DNA from: Puniceicoccaceae bacterium
Lineage (GTDB): Bacteria; Verrucomicrobiota; Verrucomicrobiia; Opitutales; Coraliomargaritaceae
Direction of reading: 5' to 3'
Assembly (NCBI GenBank): GCA_003567255.1
Contig: PWZW01000071.1
Span: forward strand, 1 to 29,765
DNA length: 29,765 bases
Part shown: piece after piece, positions 10,022-19,161 of the stretch
How positions within the stretch are numbered: the stretch's first letter is position 1
Layout of the letters: the number at the start of each line of letters is the position of its first letter
Notes under the pieces: model-generated
What the model saw: the letters and a program-made list of their open reading frames with translations, nothing else
Database searches by the model: none
What the model was told of the DNA's origin: nothing
Program-made: the position numbers and the translations under genes

Positions 10022-10423
10022 TTGATGAGTCACGAGCTCGAAGCCTATCGTAAACAACGCGAACAAATTCGCGCCCACCTGGCTTGGTTGGATGAAGAAA
10101 TACGGCGTCAAGAAGACAACCTGAAACAGCCCTCCCCGGCAGCAATGGAAACGGGGAAGACGGCGGTGGAGAAGGCTCTGGACGCGTCTCCGGCCAACGC
10201 GCCAGAGACCGCTCCGTTAGAAGCTAACCCAGTCGAAACGCCCACCGAAGCGACGAGCAAACACGCAAACACCGAGGACTTGGAGGCAGTTATCAAGCAC
10301 TACGCTCCGAGCGAACAAAGCAACCTTGCCGCGACCAAAGTCGGGTGTGCCTTAACCATCCTCGGGCTTACCGTGATCTTCCTATTCGGGATGTTTGTTT
10401 TGCCGAATTGGCTGTTTGACTGA
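10022..10423 (+). CDS. Hypothetical tail-anchored membrane protein (N-terminal coiled coil, acidic Ala/Pro/Thr linker, C-terminal TM)
   Basis: Fills the gap between the terminator and xerD. 'ELEAYRKQREQIRAHLAWLDEEIRRQE' is a predicted amphipathic helix, and the C-terminus is hydrophobic ('GCALTILGLTVIFLFGMFVLP'). The start may be the second ATG at 10025. Confidence 0.8.
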   Translation: MMSHELEAYRKQREQIRAHLAWLDEEIRRQEDNLKQPSPAAMETGKTAVEKALDASPANAPETAPLEANPVETPTEATSKHANTEDLEAVIKHYAPSEQSNLAATKVGCALTILGLTVIFLFGMFVLPNWLFD

Positions 10424-10445
10424 GTGGACTCAGGCGGTCACCAAA

Positions 10446-11378
10446 CTACCGCGAACGGGGGTGATAGAGCGCGTGTTCGTCAGCCAGACGTTCCTTCTCG
10501 ATGGAGGTATAGATCTGTGTTGTGCCAATATCAGCGTGTCCGAGCATTTCCTGAATCACCCGTAGATCCGCCCCGCCCTCCAACAAATGGGTGGCGAAGG
10601 AGTGGCGGAGACCGTGGGGCTTGACGACCTTCGATATACCTGCCGCCTTGGCGTAGTCGCGGAGGAGGACCCATACCATCTTCCGGGAAATGGCCTTACC
10701 CTGCTGGCTGAGAAAAAGTGCGCTGCCGGTTTTTGCCTTGGTAAGGAAAGGTCGCCCAACACTTAGGTAATTTTTGATCGCGGTCACAGCCTTTCCCCCA
10801 ATCGGGGCAATACGCTCCTTGGCACCCTTCCCATACACCCGCACATACGCCTCCTCCAAATCAACTGATTGAATGGCTAACCCGCACAGCTCAGAGACTC
10901 GCAATCCGCTGCTATAAAAAAGCTCCAGCATCGCGAGGTCGCGCACTCCCCTTGGAGACTCGAGGTTTGGCGCGGCCAGCAAGCGTACCACCTCCGAGCG
11001 GGTCAGGGTGTCGGGAAGTTTGCGACGATGGCGTGGTCGCGAGACCAGCTCGGTAAAGTCGTCTTCCCGCAGGCCCTCGCGGACCAGGTGGCGGGCCAGC
11101 ATGCGTACGGCCGAAAGTTTCCGGCTTAAGCTGGGAACGGCGTAGCCGGTTTTGCTCAGCTCGGCGATCCAACTGCGGAGGGCTTCAGAGGATACCGTTC
11201 GCCAGCCAGAGGCGCCCTCTTTTTCTAAAAATACGCTGCACTGAATTAAATCCTGAAGGTAAGCAACGACGGTGTGCTCAGAAAGTCCACGCTCCAATTC
11301 GAGCCAAGCGAGAAAGGTCTCCAGGGGCTGAGCAAAGCCCTCGGGGAGGTGGCTCATGTCTGGCAGGGGAAGCGGCAT
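10446..11378 (-). CDS. xerD: Chromosomal site-specific tyrosine recombinase XerD
   Basis: 'LELFYSSGLRVSEL', 'GKGAKERIAP', 'HGLRHSFATHLLEGGADLRVIQEMLGHADIGTTQIYT' and a C-terminal HPR, typical of XerD. Confidence 0.9.
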   Translation of the reverse strand: MPLPLPDMSHLPEGFAQPLETFLAWLELERGLSEHTVVAYLQDLIQCSVFLEKEGASGWRTVSSEALRSWIAELSKTGYAVPSLSRKLSAVRMLARHLVREGLREDDFTELVSRPRHRRKLPDTLTRSEVVRLLAAPNLESPRGVRDLAMLELFYSSGLRVSELCGLAIQSVDLEEAYVRVYGKGAKERIAPIGGKAVTAIKNYLSVGRPFLTKAKTGSALFLSQQGKAISRKMVWVLLRDYAKAAGISKVVKPHGLRHSFATHLLEGGADLRVIQEMLGHADIGTTQIYTSIEKERLADEHALYHPRSR

Positions 11379-11411
11379 CGGAAAGTGGGCTGGAGAGGAT
11401 GTGTGCGTAGC

Positions 11412-14021
11412 CTAGTCCTGGCGCAAGGTGGCGAGCGGGGAATGAGCGCACACACCCCGACTGAAGAGGGCTCCCATGAAGATGGACAAAACCGTGGAGG
11501 CCAGGAGGACGAGCAGGATCTGGCCAATATGAAAAACGGGGCTCAGCTCGAAGGCGAAGTGGGCAAGTGCACTGTAAGTAACGAGCGCAAGCCCCCCACC
11601 GGTCAGGGCAGCCAGGAGACCCAGCACACCAAACTCGACGCAAAGGATGGAGCGCAGTTGCCGGGTGGAGGCACCGAGGGTCCTCAACAGGACAGATTCA
11701 CGAATGCGCTGGTCACGGCCGTTCAGAAAAATACCGATGAGGATACAGCAGCCCGCGCCGAGGGTGAATCCGCTCAAGAGCTGGATCGCCTGTGTTACTC
11801 GGGCAAGGATGGTGCGAATAGTTTCCAGCAAAAGGGTCAGGTCAATCGCTGAAACATTTGGAAAGGCCTCCACCAGCGCCCGCTGCAGTTGCCCGGAGGT
11901 TTCGTCAGGAGGGATTCGGGTGGTCACGACGGTGAAGCCCGGCGCCCCCTCCAGGACACCCGGCGGGAAGAGCATGAAAAAGTTGAGATTAAACCGGCTC
12001 CAGTCCACGGCACGCAAGTGCTGCACCTCCACCTCGATGGGGACGCCCTGCACGTCGATGACCATACGGTCTCCGAGCTCAACCCCAAGGTCTCCGGCGA
12101 TCTCCACTTCAAGCGAAAGCGGAATCGGCTCATTGCCATCCCAGTCACTTGGGGGCCAGGTCCCTCCAAGGTGGGTTTCCGTCTCATTTAAATGGTCTCG
12201 ATAGCTGGACCGAAACTCCCTCCGGACCATACGATTACCCACCAAGCCCTGTTCGCGCAGTTCACGAATGGAGACGCCCTTAATCTCGGCGACCCGCATA
12301 CTCACCATCGGCGCGCTTTCGAGGACAGGAAGGTCATTACCTTCCAGGAGCGCCTTCACCCCATCCACTTGGTCCGACTGAACGTCGACCAAATAAATGT
12401 TTGGTCCGATCTCACTCTCCGAAACCTGCACTTGGGCAAGGACCAAGTCACGAATCAACATCGTCGAAAGCATCAGAAAAACCCCCAAGCCCAGAGAGAG
12501 CACAAAAAGCATGGTTTGGTTCTGCGGACGAAAACAATTGGAAATTCCCTGACGCAGCAGATAAGGCAGCCGTTCCGTCGTTAATTTCCGGGTCAGCGCG
12601 ATAAAGGTCCAGGCAACCAGCGCCAAAACACCAAAAACCCCGGCAAACCCGACCGTGAGCACCAGGGACCGTGCCAAATTTGTGCTGTTCAGAATAGAAA
12701 GCAGGGTCATCACCACAAAAAGAAAAGCGACCACCGGAAGGGAGCGTAAAAGCGCCCGGCGGCGGGCCTGCGCGGTTGAGCCACCTTGCCGGAGGACTTG
12801 AAGCGGCGCAATATCCCGTATCTGTAAGAGCGGTAAAACCGCAAACCCGCAGCAAGCAAGAAAGCCCGCCAGCGTAGTTTGCCCAACCACCCATAGGTTG
12901 GGCATGGGCTCCACCAGAACGGGCAAAGTTTCAGCAAAGTAATAAACTACTCCAAAGTGAATGCCCACGCCGAGTCCTCCCCCAGCCACAGCGGCGACCA
13001 AACCGAGCAAGCCAGCTTGAATCAAATAGATCGCAAATGAGGCACGCGCCGGCGCGCCGAGACAGCGCAAAATGGCAATGCTCGCTCGGCGGCGGCGGAT
13101 TTGCGCGTGCATCGCACTAGCCACACCGATCGCGCCGAGGATTAGACTGAACAGGGCAATTAAGCCCAGAAACTGCTCAAACTGGTCGAGCACACGTCCC
13201 AGTTGATCACGCCGACTCTCTGGCGTCTCAAACCGCCAAAGGTCGGCACCGTCCCGGGTGCGCAATGCTTCGATGACCTCGGCGCTAGCCATCTCCTCGG
13301 ACAAGCGAAGGTGCGCATGAAAGCTGGCTATGCTTCGATCAGTAAGGAGTCCGGTTGCTTCGAGTAACGAGGCGCGAAGGTAAACCTCCGGAGCAAAGCC
13401 CGCGAAGCGTCCACTCCGCGGGGCAGGTTGTTGAACGGTGCCAATGATCTCAATGCTCGCATTACCCAACTTCACTTGGTCGCCCGCGCTGGCATTAAAC
13501 TGCTCCAGCAGTGCCGGTTCGAGGAGGAGGCCATCCCTCGCTTGGTGATTGCGCCAAGCGGCGTCCGGCTCCGTCAGCACCTCCCCATAAAACGGGTAAG
13601 CGCCCTCAATCCCGCGCACCTGGACCAAGCGTGCCCCGCCCGAATCAACGAAGTTGAGCATGCTGGAAAAACTGATTTCAAAACTGCTTTCCTCGGCCAG
13701 TGCGTCGATGGCCTCACGATCAGCATCGGTGAAGGCCTCCCGACTCGTGATGAGGAGATCGGCACCGAGCAGTGCGCGGGCTTGAAGATCGATCCCCTGT
13801 TCCAAACTGCTGCGCAAAGCATGGATGGTCACCAGGGCGCTGATCCCCACGACGATAGAGGCGGCAAAGATCAACAGACGTTTCCATTCCTTTCGGGAAT
13901 CACGCAAGGCCATCAACCAGGTCCACGGGTGTACCATGAGGGCGAAGGTTCCCTGCGGGAGCGGCTGGGGAGCCCCGGATTCGGGCGTGCTTGTGGCGGG
14001 CTTATCCATGGCGTTCTTCAC
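11412..14021 (-). CDS. ybbP: ABC transporter permease, YbbP-like (duplicated MacB/FtsX architecture)
   Basis: 869 aa with two FtsX-type halves. Motifs include 'LLGADLLITS', 'YPFYGE', 'PNIYLVDVQSDQ' and 'VDWSRFNLNFFMLF'. It overlaps the 3' end of the ATPase gene. Confidence 0.85.
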   Translation of the reverse strand: MKNAMDKPATSTPESGAPQPLPQGTFALMVHPWTWLMALRDSRKEWKRLLIFAASIVVGISALVTIHALRSSLEQGIDLQARALLGADLLITSREAFTDADREAIDALAEESSFEISFSSMLNFVDSGGARLVQVRGIEGAYPFYGEVLTEPDAAWRNHQARDGLLLEPALLEQFNASAGDQVKLGNASIEIIGTVQQPAPRSGRFAGFAPEVYLRASLLEATGLLTDRSIASFHAHLRLSEEMASAEVIEALRTRDGADLWRFETPESRRDQLGRVLDQFEQFLGLIALFSLILGAIGVASAMHAQIRRRRASIAILRCLGAPARASFAIYLIQAGLLGLVAAVAGGGLGVGIHFGVVYYFAETLPVLVEPMPNLWVVGQTTLAGFLACCGFAVLPLLQIRDIAPLQVLRQGGSTAQARRRALLRSLPVVAFLFVVMTLLSILNSTNLARSLVLTVGFAGVFGVLALVAWTFIALTRKLTTERLPYLLRQGISNCFRPQNQTMLFVLSLGLGVFLMLSTMLIRDLVLAQVQVSESEIGPNIYLVDVQSDQVDGVKALLEGNDLPVLESAPMVSMRVAEIKGVSIRELREQGLVGNRMVRREFRSSYRDHLNETETHLGGTWPPSDWDGNEPIPLSLEVEIAGDLGVELGDRMVIDVQGVPIEVEVQHLRAVDWSRFNLNFFMLFPPGVLEGAPGFTVVTTRIPPDETSGQLQRALVEAFPNVSAIDLTLLLETIRTILARVTQAIQLLSGFTLGAGCCILIGIFLNGRDQRIRESVLLRTLGASTRQLRSILCVEFGVLGLLAALTGGGLALVTYSALAHFAFELSPVFHIGQILLVLLASTVLSIFMGALFSRGVCAHSPLATLRQD

Positions 14022-14736
14022 CTTCGATCCGTCCGGAGCGCATTTTCACCACGCGTCCCGCCCTTTTGGCCAATTCATTATCGTGAGTAACCAGCACAAG
14101 CGCGGTGCCCGCGGTTCGGTTTAACTCAAAGAGCATGTCGCTGATCGGCGCGCTTGTTTCCGAGTCAAGGTTCCCGGTAGGTTCATCGGCAAAAAGGATT
14201 TGCGGGCGATGAATAAAAGCGCGGGCGAGCGCGACCCGCTGCTGCTCTCCACCGGAAAGCTGAGTTGGGTAGTGATTGATCCGCTCCCCAAGTCCCACCC
14301 GCTCAAGACTTTCCACGGCAAGTTTGCGCCCACCGCGCATGCCCTGAAGCTCCAGCGGCACCAGAACGTTTTCCAAGGCAGTCAGGGTTGGTAGTAACTG
14401 GAAACTCTGAAAAACAAAACCCACATACTGGTTGCGGAGGGCGGCCAAGGCATCCTGGTCGAGGGATTGCAGGGGGTTACCCGCCAGGGAGATACGCCCA
14501 CTCGAAGGCTGGTCGAGCCCGGCGCAGAGCCCAAGCAAGGTGGTCTTTCCGCTTCCCGAAGGTCCCACGATTGCGCAGCACTCCCCAGCATCCACGCTGA
14601 GGTTGGCGCCGCTGAGGACAGTGAGTTCGTGGCCGGCATTATGATAAACCTTGGAAACGTTCTCGACCTTTAACATGGACGCATTGACTCCACTCCCAGA
14701 AGGCGTGAAACTTTCAGTGTCTATTGGCTGACTCAT
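14002..14736 (-). CDS. ybbA: ABC transporter ATP-binding protein, YbbA/LolD-like
   Basis: Walker A GPSGSGKT, signature LSGGEQQ, Walker B 'LFADEPTGNLD' and H-loop VTHD. An alternative start lies at 14676 (MLKVENVSK). Confidence 0.9.
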   Translation of the reverse strand: MSQPIDTESFTPSGSGVNASMLKVENVSKVYHNAGHELTVLSGANLSVDAGECCAIVGPSGSGKTTLLGLCAGLDQPSSGRISLAGNPLQSLDQDALAALRNQYVGFVFQSFQLLPTLTALENVLVPLELQGMRGGRKLAVESLERVGLGERINHYPTQLSGGEQQRVALARAFIHRPQILFADEPTGNLDSETSAPISDMLFELNRTAGTALVLVTHDNELAKRAGRVVKMRSGRIEGEERHG

Positions 14737-14745
14737 AACTTTGTA

Positions 14746-15432
14746 ATGATAAATTTTTTCTCCTCACGAAACCCACGGGGCCGATCCTCTAAGCCGCTTG
14801 GCGTCATTCTTTTGGTTAGCTTCTTCGTTTCTTCGGCACTTGCAAGCGATAGCGGAACGATCGTCATTTTGGGCGACAGCATCACGGCGGGGTACAACCT
14901 GGATACTGAAGAAGCCTACCCCACCCTCATTCAGGCAAAGGTAGATGCGCAGGAACTGCCCTTTCGGGTTATCAACGCTGGACAGAGCGGGGACACCACC
15001 GCTGGTGGCTTGCGTCGGATCAACTGGGTTTTGCGTGAGCCCCCGGCAGTCGTAGTGATCGCACTGGGGGGTAATGACGGTTTGCGGGGCCTCCCCCCGG
15101 AACAGGTACAGAGTAATCTGGAAGCCATCGTTAAGCGCGTGCGTGATCAAAACGCCGCGGCGGAAATCGTCGTTGCGGGAATGCAGATGCCAGAGAATAT
15201 GGGCCGTGCGTATACAGATGCTTTCGCGCGCGTTTTTGAAACCGTTGCGGAGGAAAACAAAACCCATCTTCTCCCTTTTTTACTGGAAAACGTGGGCGGA
15301 GTCGCCGAGATGAACCAAGCGGACCGCATTCACCCCAACGCTCAAGGCCAAATCCTCATTGCGGAAAATCTTTGGGAAGTGCTACACCCAATCTTGGCTG
15401 ACCTCGCCGCCAAGCAACCGGACGACGCGTAA
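14746..15432 (+). CDS. tesA: Periplasmic GDSL/SGNH arylesterase-thioesterase, TesA-like
   Basis: Signal peptide plus SGNH blocks 'LGDSITAG', 'NAGQSGDTTAGG', 'LGGNDGLRG' and 'DRIHPN'. It is divergent from ybbA-ybbP, as in the known tesA-ybbAP locus. Confidence 0.9.
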   Translation: MINFFSSRNPRGRSSKPLGVILLVSFFVSSALASDSGTIVILGDSITAGYNLDTEEAYPTLIQAKVDAQELPFRVINAGQSGDTTAGGLRRINWVLREPPAVVVIALGGNDGLRGLPPEQVQSNLEAIVKRVRDQNAAAEIVVAGMQMPENMGRAYTDAFARVFETVAEENKTHLLPFLLENVGGVAEMNQADRIHPNAQGQILIAENLWEVLHPILADLAAKQPDDA

Positions 15433-15472
15433 AGGGTGCATACCTTTCTGAGCTCTTCACATCAATTCTCGT

Positions 15473-15757
15473 ATGCCATTTCTTCTTCTCGTATTTGCAT
15501 GGGCTGCGTTCATCGCGGCCCTGTTTGCCCTTCTTGAAGTGTGGCGCCACTACGCCGATTTTAAGCGGGCATTCCTCGCCTATTTTCTGGTCGCCGCCAA
15601 CCTCACTTTTGGGTGGTTTCTCGTCGTATTTTTACTGCGCTTGGGCCTTCCCGACACCGTTCCTTTTCAACTGTATATGGTCGCCCCGGCGCTTCCGCTC
15701 GTCGCGGGTTTCGTCCAAGCGATGTTTCGCTCGGCGGCAGAGAAGCCATTGAAGTAA
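15473..15757 (+). CDS. Hypothetical small membrane protein (about 3 TM, 94 aa)
   Basis: ATG 40 nt after the tesA stop, with three hydrophobic stretches. No recognised family. Confidence 0.6.
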   Translation: MPFLLLVFAWAAFIAALFALLEVWRHYADFKRAFLAYFLVAANLTFGWFLVVFLLRLGLPDTVPFQLYMVAPALPLVAGFVQAMFRSAAEKPLK

Positions 15758-15942
15758 GTATTGCTATCCGGCCCAGATCCTTACGGCTAGCGGTTGCGCT
15801 GGGACTTTTAGCGGGAAGGTTGCCTGCCCGTACCCTACCGTGGACCGGGTGCAAATGATACCAAACGATCAACCTAACCGCCACCGATTGTTGCGCGAAG
15901 TGGGCTTGCGCTTCTATGGCCCGTGCCTGCGGACGGCGGAAT

Positions 15943-17967
15943 TTACTTTACCTGAAATTGCAAGCTGGCGGCTTCATCCAGAAGTAAGGTTAAGGTGAAT
16001 GGATGATACCCCTCCCCCAGAAGGATACTTCCTTCCGTAGCGACCTCGCCATCAACAAGCGTTTCCCCATCAATCACGAGTGCTTCATGGATGCGCAGAA
16101 TGCCAGCTCCTGAAGTCAGGAGACTGCAAATATACTCGCCCGTGGTTTCGGCGTGGATGTAGCCGGTAAATTCAACCACATCGCCAGCAACCGCACCGAT
16201 GCCCCCGAGTTCCACAGATTCACGGCTTCCCGTTTGAAAGGCTTCCAGTGGTCCAGTCTGGGGGACCCACGGGAAATGACCCCGATAAAGCGACCAATCC
16301 ACACGCGCGGCTTCAACGGCCATCGTAAGCGGGGGGACGGGTTCATCGTCGTAAGGACGGCTTGCTGTCGAATTCGGGCGGCGAATTTGTAGAACCCGGT
16401 CTTTCATCCGCTGTTGCAATCCGTCGCCGTAATTTTCGATAAGCCCAAGGTCGTTGGTTTCCTGAGGGTCATTATTCACATCAAAAATCATAAAATCATC
16501 ATCGTGGCTTTGGATATCGCGGCGGAAGCCTTTGTATCCCTCCATGTAGATTGCCTGCATTTCGTTCCGTGGCTGATCTCTGTGGATTTCGGGAAAGCGC
16601 TCATACCGAGGGGTATTTTGCCAATTCTGATACTCCACGTAAACGGTGCTTTCCGACTGCGTACCCATACCAGTCAGGAGCGGTAATAAGGACACGCCAT
16701 CGGAGGTGGCTGGTGTAGGCAATCCAGCCACATCCGCAAAGGTAGCCAACCAGTCGTGTTGTTGAGTCGGGGCTGTATCCATGCTCCCAGCTGGGATAGA
16801 CTCCGGCCATCGGGCAAGTGTCGGCACGCGGATCCCGCCCTCAAGAACATCCCGCTTGATGCCCGTAAAAGGTCCATAGGAGTCGAAAGCTGTCGGATGG
16901 TAGGTTAAATCTGCCAAATAACTCTCTCTGTGGGGACCGTTATCGCTGGTGAAGACAACGAGCGTATTTTTATCCAGATTCAGATCCTTCAGCGTCTGAA
17001 TGAGATCACCGACACTGTCGTCAATCCGACGCATCATGGTGGCAAACCGCTTCTCCTGCTCTTCCCAAGCTTTGTTGGCAAATTCAGGATGGAACCACTC
17101 GTCAAAATCGCCACCGACCGTATTGATCATGTTTCCGTGCGCTCCGATCCACTGAACTCCGCCAGAGACACCACCTCCCATTGGATACGCCATAGAGGGT
17201 ACATGGAGGGCCGCATGCGGCGTAGTGTGGCTTAGATAAATAAAGAATGGCTCCTCCGGGGCGTTTTCCTGATGCGCCTGCAACCAGTGCTTCGTGAACG
17301 CAGTCACCAGGTCCGTGGTGTATGCACCCTTTAGTTCACTGGTCAGCTTTTTCTCATTGTGAAACCACGGAAAGGTCCCCCGGTGAAGCTCGTTATCCCC
17401 GCGAGGATAACGATTTGCCGGGTAGTGGCTGTGTCCATCGCGGTGAGTGACCGCCCCAAAAAACTCGTCAAAACCGCGGCGGGTTGGGTAGGCCTCCCAA
17501 ACGTCGAGGTCGTGAACGCCGCGAGGTCCGCCCGGCAATCCGTATTTACCCACCATGAGCGTTCGGTAGCCGGCCGCTTTCAGAACGGTACCCATGCTGT
17601 TCACCGTGGACAATGCTTTATCGAACTGATTGTTGCGAACGTCCTCGTGGCCCTGATGGCGTCCCGTTAAGATGGACGCACGTGTTGGTGCACAAACGGG
17701 CGCGGGCACGTAGTGTTGACGCATTTGGATGCCCTCTAATCCAAAGGCGTCCAGGTTGGGCGTCATAAAACGACGGTCTTCCGTGCGTTGGTTTTGGAAA
17801 AAAATTCCAAGGTCCCCCCACCCCATGTCATCGACGAGAATAAAGATAATGTTTGGCTTTTCCGCACCACTGGATGCTTGTGCTGGGTGAGGCGAGAGGT
17901 AAAGGGCGACAGTGATCAGCAGTGCCGAAATGATGCCGGGTGAAGGGCTTGGCTTGTGGAGTAACAT
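15943..17967 (-). CDS. Exported Cys-type (formylglycine-dependent) sulfatase with C-terminal PA14-like domain
   Basis: Signal peptide, 'PNIIFILVDDMGWGD', active-site 'CAPTRASILTG', 'FTSDNGPH' and 'EGGIRVP'. The C-terminus 'VEFTGYIHAETTGEYICSL...GYHPFTL' resembles PA14. Confidence 0.92.
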   Translation of the reverse strand: MLLHKPSPSPGIISALLITVALYLSPHPAQASSGAEKPNIIFILVDDMGWGDLGIFFQNQRTEDRRFMTPNLDAFGLEGIQMRQHYVPAPVCAPTRASILTGRHQGHEDVRNNQFDKALSTVNSMGTVLKAAGYRTLMVGKYGLPGGPRGVHDLDVWEAYPTRRGFDEFFGAVTHRDGHSHYPANRYPRGDNELHRGTFPWFHNEKKLTSELKGAYTTDLVTAFTKHWLQAHQENAPEEPFFIYLSHTTPHAALHVPSMAYPMGGGVSGGVQWIGAHGNMINTVGGDFDEWFHPEFANKAWEEQEKRFATMMRRIDDSVGDLIQTLKDLNLDKNTLVVFTSDNGPHRESYLADLTYHPTAFDSYGPFTGIKRDVLEGGIRVPTLARWPESIPAGSMDTAPTQQHDWLATFADVAGLPTPATSDGVSLLPLLTGMGTQSESTVYVEYQNWQNTPRYERFPEIHRDQPRNEMQAIYMEGYKGFRRDIQSHDDDFMIFDVNNDPQETNDLGLIENYGDGLQQRMKDRVLQIRRPNSTASRPYDDEPVPPLTMAVEAARVDWSLYRGHFPWVPQTGPLEAFQTGSRESVELGGIGAVAGDVVEFTGYIHAETTGEYICSLLTSGAGILRIHEALVIDGETLVDGEVATEGSILLGEGYHPFTLTLLLDEAASLQFQVK

Positions 17968-18207
17968 AATATGGTGCGTTTAGGGTATGTAGTTAAGGCA
18001 GTTGAAGTGTTGGAAATCAAATTAATGTACGTGCCAAGGGGAAGCATAATACCCACACGGCTCACAAGGCGGAAAATTAAGGTTTAGTAGACTCTGGCAC
18101 CCGGAATATCATCCCTGGCCAACCTGAGGATGGGAATTTCTAGTGCACGCTTTGAACGCGATCTGCTTTTTAAATGCCAAGCTCAATCACACCGATGGAA
18201 GTCGCAG

Positions 18208-19161
18208 TCAGTGTGGGCTCCTGCCATCCGGAGCGGATAGCTCGTCTAAAAACCTAAGCCCTCCGCCGCTTTTTGATCCTGACGCGTGCTCCACCCAAAA
18301 GCCCCAGCCGCGCGCGCGCTCATAAAATTCAATGGCCCGATCATAGGTCGGTGCATCCTCCGGAAGTTTGATGAACTCCTGCGCTCCTTGGATGTACAGG
18401 ACGGTGGTCCGCTTCGGTTGTGCCAAACGAACGCTCGTCGACATTTCGGCAGTAAAAATAACCAATGCCTTAGCCCTTGGCCAATCGGTGGAATTACTCC
18501 CTCCGCTTCGCCTAGCCTCAAGCGTTCCAGTGAGCCCACTGCTCAAAATCAACTCCCTATCCTCATTCGTCAGCCAGTCTGGTGCGCTTATGATTTCAAG
18601 GGCTCCCTCACCCGGGATATGACGGAAGAACGCCGTCTTCAAATGCTGATCTCCGGTAATCAGCGACCAAATAGGCGAGAAACCGATGAAGAGCCCTACG
18701 CCTAAACTCAAGTAAGCGCCGGATCCGACAACCGCTGGCCTCTGTAATCCGGATTTTTGAATCAGATAAACAGCTGGAATATATACAGATGCAGCCACAC
18801 ACCAGGTCTGTAGCATGGGCACACTCATAGCGCCAAACCAAGGCCCAAGAAATATCGCCACAGTGAAGGTTCCGACAAATCCGACAACGATTCCCAGCGC
18901 AAATCCTGTTGTGGAGGCGACTGTGGACGGCCAAGCGCGGGCGAGCCAAAAGAACATGGATGCACCACCCCACAGAAAAAATGCGAACGGTATACAGAAG
19001 ACAGCATACGGTATCAAATCACTACTCCCAAACCATCCATTGCTGGCAACCGCAAGGACGCCCACAAAAACAACGAGCGCATATGCTACACAGCTCAAGG
19101 CAACTCCTCGAAACAAAACCGGCATGGTTGATTTGACGGTGTATACTATTTGAAGACACAC
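18208..19161 (-). CDS. Orphan membrane protein (about 5 N-terminal TM helices plus soluble C-terminal domain)
   Basis: 317-aa ORF, the longest in this region. The true start may be ATG 19128 (MPVLFRG). No family recognised. Confidence 0.65.
   Translation of the reverse strand: MCLQIVYTVKSTMPVLFRGVALSCVAYALVVFVGVLAVASNGWFGSSDLIPYAVFCIPFAFFLWGGASMFFWLARAWPSTVASTTGFALGIVVGFVGTFTVAIFLGPWFGAMSVPMLQTWCVAASVYIPAVYLIQKSGLQRPAVVGSGAYLSLGVGLFIGFSPIWSLITGDQHLKTAFFRHIPGEGALEIISAPDWLTNEDRELILSSGLTGTLEARRSGGSNSTDWPRAKALVIFTAEMSTSVRLAQPKRTTVLYIQGAQEFIKLPEDAPTYDRAIEFYERARGWGFWVEHASGSKSGGGLRFLDELSAPDGRSPH

Noticed and set aside
10446-11378. Tyrosine recombinase as the integrase of a mobile element
   Set aside because: It has the length and motifs of housekeeping XerD and is flanked by core genes, with no att repeats, tRNA or cargo genes nearby.
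15795-15815. AAAGTCC on the minus strand resembling the RNase P RNA conserved region
   Set aside because: The spacer is far too short for rnpB, and the other conserved regions are absent.
17952-17985. dif-like XerD arm (TTATGTTAC on the minus strand)
   Set aside because: It is the sulfatase start (ATG TTA CTC), and no XerC arm lies 6 bp upstream.
19138-19152. GTATAC palindrome as a GntR operator
   Set aside because: It matches only part of the TNGTATACNA-type motif and is expected by chance.
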